Below are positions 39,701 to 53,287 of a stretch of 64,000 nt of DNA, one piece after another. The notes beneath the pieces were generated by a model. The model saw only the letters and a list, made by a program, of their open reading frames with translations, was not told the origin of the DNA and did not search any database. Each line of letters begins with the position of its first letter. The stretch's first letter is position 1. The DNA lies in NCBI GenBank assembly GCA_951406725.2, contig OX597825.1, positions 51,150,001 through 51,214,000 of the forward strand. The letters are read 5' to 3'. The translations under genes were made by a program, and so were the position numbers. This stretch comes from Octopus vulgaris (taxonomy: Eukaryota).

Positions 39701-41669
39701 GAATAGAGAGAATTTGTGCTAATACACATGAATTAACTGATATTCAAAAGGAATTTGTACCGTATCAAAAATGGATTGCTGCTTCTCAAAGTACAATGTT
39801 TAAATTTATTTTATGTTACATGTAATATATATATATAGGTTAATAAAATCTATTCTTTACTTAATTTACACATCTATCCCTTCATATAACTCTCATTTCT
39901 ATTATACTCAGAATAATAATATTGATACCGATGCATATATAGAATTTTAATGTATTTTGCAAGGTGTTTGAGTAACTTAAAAAGTAAATGATGAAATATT
40001 CGGAAAATTCAATTATCCGACAGCGCTCCGGTTCCAGTGGTGGCGGACAGGAGTGAGTGAGCTTACGCTCTCAGTATCATCACTATTGTTATCTTGTACA
40101 GAGAAAGTAGAATAAGAGGGTTGCTGATGCAATTATATCCCGCATTTTTATGTGTAAAACTCTGCCGAAATTCGTTGTGAAATCGTTAATTTTATTAGGG
40201 TTCAAAATAGTAATTACAGATAAAAAAAGGGAGCCGCTGCATAGTTACTCGAGCTGACAAAAACATCAGAAATATTTCCCTCGAATCATTAATGACTGTC
40301 TTTAATAGGGATATAGCAAATTAAAGAATGTACCTCAGCGTATCGTTAAAAAGAATGCAGTCATCAATACATTTAACAAGCGATGGTCATGGGTGGAATA
40401 AGTTTTATCCATAGATCTTCTGCATCTTCTGTTATACAGCAGCATTTTATTTTATTACACACACATGCACACACACATATACACACATACACACACACGC
40501 ACATACCAAATCGATAGTACTACTTGCGAACTGTGCATCTGACATTAAGAATGTATAATACAAGCATTTCTTTTGTTCAAAAAATTCTGTAGCGATGTCA
40601 TATTCAGGATGCTGTGGTCAGCATCAGAACAACAGAACTGAATGCAGCGAATATAAGGATGAATATGTTAGATATTCTTATTAATAAACTAAATCCTTTT
40701 GTCAACAATAGACAAGTTGTGCGTGTCGCTAATTGAGTGATACAGCTCTAACAGTCTCTGAATGTAATACCTCCATCCTCATATCACGGCAGAACAGAGC
40801 TAAGCTCATTAGCAATATTTTTCTCTTAAATGTTTTCAGAATGGAAAAAAACAAAAATCTAAAATGTAAAAGCTAAAGTATAGGACAGTAAAGCGTTGAT
40901 TTTGTTTTGCTTTTGCTTTCATTGGTTAATTTTCAATTTACATCATATTAGTTCTCTAAAAGATATTTAACTCTTTTACACAAGCTTCACATAAATTAAT
41001 CTAGTGTAATCTTACGCTCGAAGCAGGATAAACTTACTGTCCTGATGAGTTTATTAACTTTAAACGACAAAAGAACATAGGCCTCTATATTCAATTTGCT
41101 AAAAATATGTTTGAAATACAGTGTTTCCCCTAACACAATGAATCTCATTCTGTAACCTCTTTCAGCTTCATCTTCCTATCTTCAGTTTTACTTCCTACAA
41201 ATACTTTCAAAGTTAAATTTCCCTGTGTATAAATACTCCTTACCTATAGTTCACGAGTTATGAGTACTCTCTAGCTTCCATGTACAAGTTTTTTTATTAA
41301 TAATCTTGTGCAGCACCTTTATAGATTGTTCTATCAACACATCCAAGATTTCTAGTTCTTGACCTACTTTCTCAGTACATGAATACCAAACTAACAAACA
41401 CTTCCTCGGACGAATTACCACGGATTTAAAGTGAACATTACTGATCCGATTTTTCCTACCATAACCACTTGTCGCAACTCAACTAATTTCACCTTTTTCC
41501 CTCATAATTACCGATACGTTGTCTCGTCACAAACTTCATCTGAGCTCACTTTCTTAAATACTAGTCTACACTTCATAAAAGGCCTACCCCCCCACCCCCC
41601 CAAAACAAACAAGGCATGTTTCTGCATCCTTATAATGACCCCCTACACTCAGGCTTTCTTAATATATTT

Positions 41670-41900
41670 CAAGGCGGCTTACATTTATTTCAAATCGGCA
41701 CTTGGCAGAATCGTTAGCACACAAAATCGTTAATGCTTAGCGGCATTTCATCCGTTTATACGTTCTGAGTTAAAATTATTTACCTTTCGTCCTCTCGAGG
41801 TCGATAAAATACGAACTACTCGAAAACTGGGGCTGATGTAATCGATCAGCGCACTTCCCTGTAATTGCTGGGTTAGTGGCAACATTTCGAAACCATATTT
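41670..41900 (+). mobile_element. SINE family A
   Basis: TGGCAGAATCGTTAGCAC, CGTTCTGAGTT, GAGGTCGATAAAAT. Confidence 0.7.
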
Positions 41901-42089
41901 GTATTTATTTCATCCCTTCGGGATCACATCTATTTATGAATAAAATGTATATTTTGTCTAATTCATGAAGAGCAGTGAAAACTACGAATATGCAGTTAAG
42001 CTATCTTTTATAGTAATAACTTAATTCTTGACCACTTTAAGTCGCAACTGCATAATATGTTATCGGTTGAGGAAAGAATTCTGCTCGGT

Positions 42090-43230
42090 GATCCCCAATA
42101 AACCAGCGACAAAATACAAAATATTCGAACAGTGAAAACTGACAAACCATTGTGAAACCAATAACATTATCACAGCAGAACGAGCAGCTGAGAAAAAGAG
42201 ATTCTGAGGATGTGTCGAGCAATTGCTAATTAGCAAAACTGTGATGTCAGAGGTGCAAGAGCATACGAGGAAACTAGTTTCAATGTGGCTAGATTACGAG
42301 AAAGCCTTTCACTCTGTTCCCCACTCATGGATGCTAGAAGCCCTTCGGCTTGCTAAAATTCAAGTGAGAATAGCTAACCTGCCTTCATCGTGGGCCACCG
42401 TGTATAAATTAACCGATGTTAAGAGTGACTGTATTACCACCTCTAGAACACAATATCGCAAAGACATATTCCAAGGAGACAGCGTCTCTGTGATGTTTAT
42501 ACTTTGTGTAAACCCCTTGTCATTCATGTTAAGGAAGTCTGAAGGATATTTCACTGGTTCACAAGGAAATAGAAATACCAAAATTGCACACTGTTTCTTT
42601 GTGCAAAGAATATGCATGAGGTGAATAAGAGCCTTGAACTAGTTACAACATTTTCAAAGGATTTAGGGCTGGAGGTTGGTCAGGAGAGATGATGTGATAA
42701 GGGGAAAATGATAAACCAGACTAGTAACATCGGCGGCAATGATTTGACAGTTTACCTGTATCTAACGAGGAATGTAACAGATATCTGGGGGTGGGTGAAA
42801 ATATATCTTACAATGGCACCTGTAACAAGACACATGTCACTAAAGAATATTACAGCCAAATAAAGAAAGTCTGGGTCTCACTGCGTTCAATAAAACAGTG
42901 GCCCACAATGTGTTTGCAGTGCCAGTACTCATACCAACATTTGAGCTGCTTCATTCGACGCTTATGAAATCCGAGCCATTGATGTGAAAACCAGAAAAAT
43001 ACTAACACATAATTTCCACAATAAACAGTGACGTAGACCGCTTCTATCTAAAACGTAAACAAGGCGGCAGAGGCTTAACATAGATCCAAAATGCCTTTGA
43101 ATGTCGCATCATTTCCCTTCGGCAACATCTATTAACCACTAAGCGTCGAAGTGCATCTCTTGACCAAGTTTGCATAGATGAGGCTGATAACATCATAAGA
43201 CATCAAAGGCAGCTCCTTGACGCAAATAAA
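42090..43230 (+). mobile_element. R2-group (R4-like) LINE RT fragment
   Basis: EQLLISK, WLDYEKAFHSVPHSWM, DIFQGDSVS, YLKRKQGGRGL. Confidence 0.85.
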
Positions 43231-43363
43231 TTTACCATCAGGGCTACAAGAGCGTAGATGAAAGAGTCACTTAACATATTTGGCTTCTAGGCTATTTGTC
43301 TAAGCCATGTTTTCTTTCCTGTCCCTTCTTCCTTTTGTTCATATTGTATGCTCTTGCTTTTCA

Positions 43364-43478
43364 CTCTGATGAAGATATATTGCCTTAATTCGAATGCCCT
43401 ACGAATATGAATAATTTTTTTATTCTCCTATTTATGTATACACTGCATTCTGGTAATCTGATTAGAAACGGCTGTAAG
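43364..43478 (+). ncRNA. Hammerhead-like motif with about 90-nt stem II insert, in a PLE pLTR-like segment
   Basis: ct CTGATGA A ... GAAA CGGCTG TA ag. The segment ends at (CT)n(TA)n near 43730. Confidence 0.45.
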
Positions 43479-43728
43479 ATTTATTTTGTCATGCTTTGTA
43501 TTAAAAAATAAGATATAAATGTGGTCCATTCGATCTGTTGGTTAATCTATGGTTTTCTCCATTTTTTAATTACTTGCATTCGTTCTTGATAAACTCTTGT
43601 TTATCCTGTTGTTACCTGCACACGACGTGTATAGTGTGCCTGCACATAAACGCCCGGGGATAATACAGGTAACGGATACCGATAATATAAATGGACATTT
43701 TATCGCTTAGTCGGTTAGTATAACCGCT

Positions 43729-43782
<54 letters not shown>

Positions 43783-43829
43783 ATATATATATATATATGC
43801 AAACTCTAATAGTGAAGAGTGAGAATCAG

Positions 43830-44110
43830 TGCTCAACAGTTCAATGGTGGATAAATTTTCTTTATTTGTGGATTAAGAAGACAACCAACGTTTAGATGTG
43901 AAAAGATTTTCACAGTTGGTAACGCGTTCCACATGGATGCGTACGTACTCGTCTCTATTTTTGATGAGAACGCATGAAGTTTCACGGGACTGGATGAGAT
44001 TTCGAAATAGATGCATAGATCATTTGAGGTGACTGACAAGAATATATCAACTGGTATCTCACTTATATCAGCCTGGAAATTTCGCAAGCCCTTGCGTTCC
44101 TCAAACTGTC
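43830..44110 (-). mobile_element. Decayed PLE RT-thumb fragment
   Basis: DISEIPVDIFLSV...SSPVKLHAF...WNALP resembles the thumb of the 3237-6570 element. Confidence 0.4.
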
Positions 44111-44299
44111 TTATGCGAGAAAGATCGTGCAGGCCCAAACACACGCGCGCACACACACACGCGCAATCACACACACATACACACACAGAAACACATAGAG
44201 GGTGCCTGTGGTTCATATTCTAATATATGTATATCGTTATATATGGTGTTTCATATATTTCTGACTCAAAATTTGATCCGTAGACGTGTGAATTCATAA

Positions 44300-44865
44300 G
44301 TTCATATACACTTGATTACCCTGTGTATTATGTGATGTTATGAATATGCGCAATATGTATAAATATATATAGTTAGGGAATCCAGTATAAGTTCATGAAA
44401 GTATACGTCGTTAATATTTAAAGTATACATAAAGCATAATCTGCATGTAAGCGATATCAAGAAACCTACCCATGATGGACGGGTGGCAAAGCAGGTGGGA
44501 GTCATGCTTGAAATTTCGAAGTATAAATTGCTTCTTGCGCATGCAGGAGAGAAATAATATTTTAAACGTTCATTGTTCATGTTATACTATTAAACTTTTT
44601 CGGTGATACAGAGGTCACATTTGCTGCCCTGTCCCCTATATTTGCTGGCCTTAGCTATGATGCTCCAGTTTATACGTGGGCTGTTCACGCTCCTCTCTTT
44701 AAGTATCGACAGTATATAGGAATAAAGATGTTGTGTGTCTTTTCTCTTCGTCTTTGAACGATGCCAAATGCTGCGTATATCTCTCCTTGCAGATAATGTA
44801 AATCTATATTTTGGATTCAGTATTATCGCTTCGTCTTCATTTTTGCAGAGACTTTGTGCAATGAC
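44300..44865 (-). mobile_element. PLE 3' end (endonuclease C-terminus plus UTR)
   Basis: LYSYILSILK...INWSIIAKASKYRGQGSKCDLCITEK, typical of the PLE C-terminal CxxC-E motif. Confidence 0.75.
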
Positions 44866-45050
44866 ATATATACATACAACCACACATAGACACACGGTCA
44901 CACACAGACACACAAACACACGGATATGTAAGTCTATAGAAGTGCGCACACGAACGTACACATACATATACAAGCATATAAGTATATAAGTACATTTTTG
45001 TATTCATTATTACTAACTTCTATGTATATATAGAGAGATATATATACAAT

Positions 45051-45086
<36 letters not shown>

Positions 45087-45121
45087 TACACACACACACA
45101 CACACATACACACACACACAC

Positions 45122-45170
<49 letters not shown>

Positions 45171-45708
45171 AAGAGTGAGAGAGAGAGAGAGAGATACAGT
45201 TTGATATATATATATATGTAATTCAATTTAGAGAAAATTTTCTTTACGTTTTTTAAAAAATAACTTTTCATTTATTACGCATTAAATATAGCATCTATAA
45301 TTTATATATATATATATGCGTGTGTACATGTATGTGCGTGTCTGTGTGTGTGTTTGTTTTGTGTATAAATAAGTATGTGTATAAAATTACAAGAGAAAAA
45401 TAACAGACAGATGAAACGAAACAAAATGTCGGTATTCTATTTAAGAGAATATTGAGTAGGAAAAGCATGCAGCTAATGTCGTGATTTGCTGGACGGTTGA
45501 GTTGGCGGCTGTGTAGCGTTGTATGCAATTACAAGAGGAAAGCAAGGGTCATCTGACAGCATTGCTGAAAGAATGACTTTGTAGAAGTGACCAATAAATT
45601 GTTGCACAGTCAGGAAATTAACTGAATAATTGAAAATGTAAATGAGTTCTTGCTAGACAAGCGTGTTTAGTTTCGATGACAGCAAAAGTTTTATACGCGC
45701 TTTTTATG

Positions 45709-45763
<55 letters not shown>

Positions 45764-46501
45764 CACATACACACACACATACAAACATAAATACATACAT
45801 ACACCCATACATACATACATATAATATATATATATATACATACATACATATTTTAAAGTACGTATGTGTATGTTTATATATAAATATGTGTGAGTATCTG
45901 CGGGTATGACTGTTGATTACTATATGTACGCATGTAAGCATCAGTGTACCAGAACAGTGTCAAGAGAATGCATTAATTTCCTGGAAAGTTATATAACACC
46001 TGGGATATATCGACGATATCCTGTACAACCCGAATATCTGCAATAATCCTATACTTATATTCTTCCTATCCAGCCTCTGTATCGACAATTGAATGTCAGA
46101 CAATGACGTCACTCTCTGTAGAAATACATTACAACTTGAAATGCTTACGTGTCATATCTTATTGAAATTTAACTTTATAAAACGCATTTTCAATTAATCA
46201 TTCTCTAAACATAAGACGGCCGATTGAATAATTGAGTAGAATCGTTTTGCATCGGTTACGAGTTCTGTTACTCTGTAATTCTGATGAAAATATGTTTAGT
46301 CTTCAACACTGAATCAGTTTATCTTGAAGTTGGAATGATCTTGGTTCTTGATATGATAAATTAGCTATCTGATCATTTGCGAAGAAAATTATTCTGTAAA
46401 AAAAGGAATGTGTGTGTGTTGTGTGTGTGTGTGCGTGTGTTCGTGTGATAGGTAGATAGATAGAAAAGTAGATAGATAGATAGACAGAGGGATAGATAGA
46501 C

Positions 46502-46850
46502 AAGTTTGCTTCCCAACAATATGCTTCTAGGTACGATTCTACTGCGTGGTACCATGGGTAAATGTCTTCTACTATTACCCCTGGTCTACCAAACATTTAT
46601 AGGTAGACTTTTTAGATTGAAATTGAAAGTAGACCTTTGTGTGTATGTATGTATGTATGTATGTATGTCTATGTATGTGTGTCTGTGTGTTTGTACTTGC
46701 CCCCCCCCCCCACTACTTGATCATCCATAAAGAATCAGATAGTATAAGTACCTGGCTTTTAAAACATGGTTGAATTGTGCGACTACATGCTTCAAGACAT
46801 TGCACCAACCTGGCTGCAGTTCAATGACTGGAACAGTTTAAAGATAAAAG
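46502..46850 (+). mobile_element. SINE family B
   Basis: AAGTTTGCTTCCCAAC...GGGTAAATGTCTTCTACTAT...ATAAGTAC. Confidence 0.7.
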
Positions 46851-47338
46851 AACAATGACTTTATGGCTGAATGTGTAATACTGAATTGGCTTTGAGGAAC
46901 AAGAAAACAGTTAAAATGGCTCTATGTTATTGAAAATAGAATGCAAGTAAAACGACGTGTTGAAGGGCTTAGAAATACATGATAATGGTTTCTTAAAAAT
47001 AATGAACTTGCCCCGCGCATACACTTCCATTTACACGCACATACACAAATATTCACATACGCATGGACCTGGGTACATATTAATATTCAAGAAGAAATGT
47101 TTTCATCCCAAATGATTACTTTATTCTCTCTTTGTTCTCTCTTGCCTGAATATTCATTATATTCATAATACACTGGCCGCCACTATAATTTATATGTTCT
47201 ATGCGTGCAAAGTATGAAAACACCTAACTGAAACAGAGATTACATAAAAACGTCATGACCTCAGCATATATTTTACGTATATACATGCTTCTATTCAATA
47301 AATACGTGCATGCATACATATACATAAACACACATACG

Positions 47339-47427
<89 letters not shown>

Positions 47428-47454
47428 ATGAATGTATACGCATACATTTTATAT

Positions 47455-47650
47455 TTTACTTGCTTCGATCATTGAACTGCAGCTATGCTGGGACACTGCC
47501 TTCAAGGGTTTAACCGAAGACATCGAATCTAGTACTTAATGTTTTTAAGCCTAGCTCTTACTCTATGGAACTCTTTTGCCGATATTACTAGGACGTAAAC
47601 AAACCAACGCTTGTTGTCAAGAGCTGTGGAACAAATACAAACACAAACAC
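47455..47650 (-). mobile_element. SINE family B, 3' half
   Basis: Reverse motifs TTTTACTTGCTTC, GACGTAAACAAACCAAC and GTTGTCAAG. Confidence 0.7.
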
Positions 47651-48169
47651 ATTCATATATGTGTATATGTACACACACATATATGTAAATATATATATAT
47701 ATATGTATATGTATGTGTGTGTGTGTTTATATATCTATACGTACATATGCACGAGTGGCTAAGGTGTTGCGCAACCCTTAACTTACTCTTCAATGCAATC
47801 GGCTATAAACACCTATGGTAAAACATGGTTTGAGACAACCAGAAACTGACTGCACTCAAGTATTTTTGCCTTGTCCTAGAAGAAAGTTCTAACCAGGAGT
47901 CCTACACTCCCAATGGTTGACATGCTAGTTAACACATAGCTGGGACAATAACGGGTGTTACTACTTAGGGTCAGTGAAGAGATTGGAGCAATAGTGACTA
48001 AGAGGTAGTTCTACACTCCTCTAGACCCTGGAACTCACGTACTTGCCCCTTTTCCTACGGAATAAATCAGAATTATGTACACATTTATAATATAGATAAA
48101 TCAATGGCTATTCATAGTACAGCCGTTAACTATGGAGATTCTGATAATGGGAAGGAATCGTATTGTTTA

Positions 48170-49100
48170 CTTAAATAAAACGAGTATCTTCTCATAGGCC
48201 TCTCTTGCTAATAATTGTCTGTAAAACAGTGCGGAAAGAGAATTCTCAAATCGATATCTTCCTTCACATCATTTCAACTTTCACATGTAAAAGCCCTTCA
48301 AATATGTAAGTGGAGCTATATTTACGTCGTGTTTCATGTTATTGTGTTATAGTCAGCCGAATTATTTCCTTACACCTTAAGATTCTCGTGAAATGACTGA
48401 ATTAGATTCGTTATCGGTGAGCTTGAAATATTAGATTGAAGTGATTTTTAGGAGTATTTAAAGGTATTTGGTGCCTTGAAATTTGCCGTGCGGCTGTTGA
48501 AGTCATTGCTCAGGTAATATATCACATACATGATATATCTGTCGACGACGTCTGTTTATATTTTTTGTGTATAAACAGAATGTCTATAGGGCAATTCACA
48601 CGAGGTTCAGTGTTCTTTATGGCGTCTCCTCTTTCTGACAGCTCAAGCACGGATGATTTCACTTTAGGTTTAATTTATAGTTCGCTGAATAGTGTGGTCT
48701 ACTCATAATGCAAATCATGATGTTCATAGAGACTTTTCTTTTTAATCTGGTGAAAGTAATCTGGTTTTAAATTGGTTTATAAGCGTAATGGTCTAAAGTT
48801 TAAAGCAGTTAGGATATAGTGATTCTATGATTTCTGAATGTGTGCTGAGACATTGGTATATTTCGCTGTAACGTTGACAGAACGAAATATTATATCGTCG
48901 TACGCAACTATTGAATGAATATTTTGTATAAATTGTAGGGAATTTGTGATATATTAAATTGGTACGAAATATTTTTTAGACATTTTCTTTTTATGATACA
49001 CGTCTCTATTGTTCATATTGATTCATTTGGCTATTTGTCACAGCAACAGCAATATTAAATAAATACTTCCATAGTTAGATTTTGTGGTACTAATACATTT
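48170..49100 (-). mobile_element. Highly decayed PLE reverse transcriptase
   Basis: Minus strand ITNSLQFIQNIHSIVAYDDIIFRSVNVTAKYTNV resembles PLE RT motif A (SxDVxSLYTNV). Confidence 0.45.
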
Positions 49101-49318
49101 GTAGCCTATAATGATATCAGTTATTCATCTCACATTATTCATTAGATCAGTATGGACCCACTGACTGAGTATCACGGGCACCTGAATGATACTAGGGGTG
49201 CAAGGTGAAACTTTTAGACTATGAGTTGAAGAGTTCAAATATATAAGTGAACGATATTACGAATCACACTTTTACGTCTTGAAGGTCTCTTCTTTGAAAA
49301 CGTGCGGTTACGAGAATA

Positions 49319-49376
49319 CACATAAGCACAATCAGATACCCTCACATAAGCACAATCAGATACCCTCACATAAGCA
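49319..49376. repeat. 24-bp tandem duplication (2.4 copies of CACATAAGCACAATCAGATACCCT)
   Basis: Direct reading. Confidence 0.9.
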
Positions 49377-50168
49377 TGTGTGTGAATGTGATTATGCACG
49401 TTTTTAATATATACGTGTTTGTTTGCATTTTGAGAAATAATATACGCGTTTTAGTACGCCCTTAAAGTTTCCATATGAAGACCCATCCTCATAGCACATC
49501 ATTCCTCACTTGATTTCTGATATATTTAATAGTATTCTTCTGTGTGTCATCAACAGGCGTGTAATCAACCAGAAAACAATCACAGTCATTAATACCCAAG
49601 CATTTCCTGTTCACTGCGAGGAAGAGCATCATTCATATATTTATTTTTTGTTGATGTATTCCTTCTTTTTTGAAGTAACACTAACGACATGGACCTAGCA
49701 CTTATCACGTATTTTTTTTCATAGTAATTAATTCTTTTCTTATTTTACGAGTTGCTATGAATACGACTAAACTCTGTACAACATTTCATTTCAGAGAAAC
49801 TGAGTATCGCTGCTTAGAGACAGAGTTTTAGATTAAAACCAGTTATCCCCTACAATCAGCATTGAGTAATATCGTGCATTATATTGTACGTTGACGTGTA
49901 GTCGGATTCCGTTTAAATATGCACACGAATGCACACAAAATTACCGACTTTATATCGACCTATTAATTGTATAATACGTTATAGAAAATTAGGGTTCCAG
50001 CGTAACTTGAAGTTCCTACCAATCAAATCCCAAGCCATACACATTATCGCACATAAAAATACATTGATATATATATGTATATATACACATCCAACAACTC
50101 AAACTCACACACATATTCCATAGTGACTGTAATTCCAATGCCATACTTTATATATACATACATACACC

Positions 50169-50209
<41 letters not shown>

Positions 50210-51252
50210 ATACGAATGCAAAAAAAATGAAGACGAACGAAAAAACCTTATGTCCCTTTTTCCATTAGCTGGGATCGAAACGGTGTTCCAGTTGTTCAGG
50301 TCAGTGGTATTTCCTTTGTCCTGTTAAGGAGCATGGTTGTTTATGGCCGTAGGCACTTGATCTTTGGCCCTCTACGGTCACAGAGAGTTTAAAAAAGACA
50401 AAGTTTTGGGAAGAGAAACGCGCACTGCTACGTACGGTATGTCTCTCTTTCTGGCTGAACGGCCTTATATATACGGGTAGCGCTGAGTTGCGAGGCAGCC
50501 AGAGGAAGACCGGACAAGGGGCAGATGTGGTCTGACAGAGACAGACAGGGGGCAGAGAGAGATACATGGAGCGAGAGACGGCCAACTGAACGACCAAGCA
50601 AGTGGTGTAGTGGGATACTGCCGTAAAATGTCAACCGGTAAATGTTTTTGTATGTTTTAAAGGGAAAGAACTTTGATGTTAAATGTTTTTTGAAAAAAGA
50701 GAAATCTTTGTGTTGTTAAATGTTTCAAGAAAGGGAAAACTTTGTGGTGTTAAATTTTGGGAAAAACTTTGTGACGTTAACTGTTTGAAAAGAAAAGAAG
50801 AAAAAAATAAAACTTTCTTGTTAAATGTGTTTATTTAAAAGAAAAGAAAGGAAAAAGAAGAACTGAGTTGTTGACTGCTTTTAAAAGAAGGGAAAAGAGA
50901 AAAAGGAAAAAAAAGAAGAAAAAGGACTGTGTTAATTGTTTTGAGAAATGAACTTTGTGTTAAAAAAATGAAAAAGAAAAAGAACTTTGTGTTGTTAAAT
51001 GTTAAATGTGATTTTTTTTAAATGAACTAAGGGAAGAAAAAAAACAGAAATTTCCAAAGCTGTTAAATGTTTTGTTAACCATTGTTGTTGAATGCTTTGT
51101 TTAAAAAAATGAGCTTTGACTACGCAACTCTTGTGTGTGCTATTTTTGTTGTTGTTGGTAGCTCTACTGGCTGCGTTTCACTGCTTTCCTCCGTCCGGAG
51201 TGGATTCCTGATTTAGGGTCTACGATCAAAATTTATCGAGAAATATGTAAAC

Positions 51253-51763
51253 ATAGTAAAAAGGCAATAAAATAAATTATTATTACCGGTGATCTAACAC
51301 AAAAGACATGTTAGCCATTAGGCTATATGTTATTCATATATAAGTACATTAAAAGGCCTCTAAAAGAAGACCCTATACCAGAACCCTCTCTGTTTGTCGG
51401 GTATGTTCTGCGTCTGCGCAATGGTCTGGAAAGTTAGAGAATGCAAGTCAGTAGAGCCGCGCATGCTTCTATTGATATGTACTTCTAGGATAACAAAGAC
51501 TGCTTACTGAAGAGTCTAGCCTTGGCAGATAAATTATATTTACTGCTAAAAAAAAAAGACGAAACTGCAGTATAAGATGAACGGAGTTTGTAAATGTTTT
51601 TGATTTTCATTTCATTGAAATTATCCACTTTTTGTGTATCTAGTACTTGCTTCGTCTTTTAGAGGCCTTTTAATGTACTTATATATGAATAACATACAGC
51701 CTAATGGCTAACATGTCTTTTGTGCTAGATCACCAGTAATAATAATTTATTTTATTGCCTTTT

Positions 51764-51769
<6 letters not shown>
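51253..51769 (+). mobile_element. Non-coding fold-back cassette (PLE pLTR-like) with 115-bp inverted arms and an HHR
   Basis: Arms 51253-51367 and 51655-51769 with 3 mismatches by eye. Followed directly by (TA)n. Confidence 0.85.
51503..51576 (+). ncRNA. Type I hammerhead ribozyme, canonical core, extended stem II
   Basis: ctta CTGAAGA GTCT ... GGCAG-ataaattatattta-CTGCT ... AGAC GAAA CTGCAG TA taag: palindromic ACTGCAGT stem III, GUA triplet. Confidence 0.85.
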
Positions 51770-51806
<37 letters not shown>

Positions 51807-51844
51807 CAACATCAGACTTGTCTTATTAAACAAAGTTCAATATA

Positions 51845-51950
51845 TGTGAACGTTCCGGGACTAGTTACGTGTAGTAAAAAATAACTAATTTACCTAAGTT
51901 TTAACACCATCTCCTTCGAACTGTCACTTTGCGTAGCAATACACGGGTAG
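51845..51950 (+). mobile_element. Mariner-like terminal/UTR fragment
   Basis: GTTCCGGGACTAG...CTCCTTCGAACTGTCACTTTGCGTAGCAATACAC resembles mariner 5' UTRs (from recollection). Confidence 0.35.
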
Positions 51951-51989
51951 TAAACTGGTAAGGCGAGGTAGATAGAGAGGGTAGATATC

Positions 51990-52581
51990 TAGTCTTATCT
52001 ATTCATTTCTTTCTCTATCTAATTTCCCTTACCAGTATAATTCTCACAATTTATTTATACTACAAGTTCCCTTTGAATGAACAACACATGGAATTAATAT
52101 CTGCACACTATCCATTTGAAATAACAATATATGTATTCTTATCGGACTTTACACATCATGGACAAGAAACCTTTTTACCCATACTACACAACACATTTCT
52201 TAGATAACGGAACTGCAACTTTAACACCCAACATGTATTTTTATTTTCATATTTTCCTTCTTTACTTTCTGCATTATATCTAATTTCTTGTATATCTCTC
52301 CCTCTCCAGGATAACTTCTCAGAAAAAAAAAATGAACTCTACTAATTCCGGGATATCATTTATTTCCCTGAAACAGCTGTAAGACCACCTTTCTATTTAT
52401 AAATGTCCTGGGAATATCAAATTGCCTTGGCCTTGTTATTTTATTTAACATATACACACTCACACACGACTTGCCTTAGACTCCTTACTCATGCTATTAT
52501 TGACCTGGGAACCTAACAGCGGTCCTTCCGTAGCACTTACATAGCCTTACCTGTCTTTTGCGTCTTCTGGATACCAAAGCA

Positions 52582-52586
<5 letters not shown>
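51990..52586 (+). mobile_element. PLE 3' end/pLTR remnant with partial HHR
   Basis: GAAACAGCTGTAAGAC at 52370-52385 is identical to the 3' half of the 32338 HHR, with a related downstream tail. Ends at (TA)n. Confidence 0.6.
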
Positions 52587-52653
<67 letters not shown>

Positions 52654-52892
52654 GATAAGATTGGGTGTAGTTCACTGGTATTCTAAACAAATAGGTACGT
52701 TGTATAATGCTATAATTGGTCATCCGTTAGATTCCAAGTTCACATCTGAGGCTGGAGCTAGGGATCCGTAGTAGCTATCCGAATTAGCGGCTATATATTA
52801 GAGGAAACTGGACAACAAGAACCAAGGCTGGATGAGTATCGCAAGTCATTTAAAATATTTAATTAAAGTAAGGTGAATTGGAGGTAATTAAT

Positions 52893-52970
52893 TAATTACA
52901 GATGTTTCTGGGATACATGCCAAGTAATAGGTTAGCATCTCCATACACTGGGTATTCCGTCATCAGAGAA
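52893..52970 (-). ncRNA. Hammerhead motif, stem I 3' strand lost
   Basis: Minus strand: ttct CTGATGA cGGAATAC...GTATCCca GAAA CATCTG TA atta. Confidence 0.6.
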
Positions 52971-53232
52971 AGGTATGTATGAAAGTTCTAGACAAGAAAT
53001 TAATAGTTTATAAAGGAATAAAATAGTAGATAGAAGAATAAATAGTATAAACACTAGATAGAAGATTATAGCCTTCAGAATAGACACAGGAGAATAAAGA
53101 CATAAGAATAATATAGACAGGAGAATAAATTTCACAGCTCTTCTTCTTATCTACTGTTTTACTCTTTATTCTTCTATCTTTTATTTTATTCCTTTATAAA
53201 CTGTGAATAATACCTTCATACATACTCACCTT

Positions 53233-53287
53233 GTCTCTGATAACGGAATACCTTTCACTTGGGATATCCCAGAAACAAGAATAAGAC
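53233..53287 (+). ncRNA. Hammerhead motif, decayed (G8A, stem III mutated)
   Basis: gtct CTGATAA cggaatacc...ggatatccca GAAA caagaa TA agac. Confidence 0.55.

Noticed and set aside
49319-49376. 24-bp direct repeats as a CRISPR-like array
   Set aside because: No spacers, only 2.4 adjacent copies, a eukaryotic context and no cas genes.
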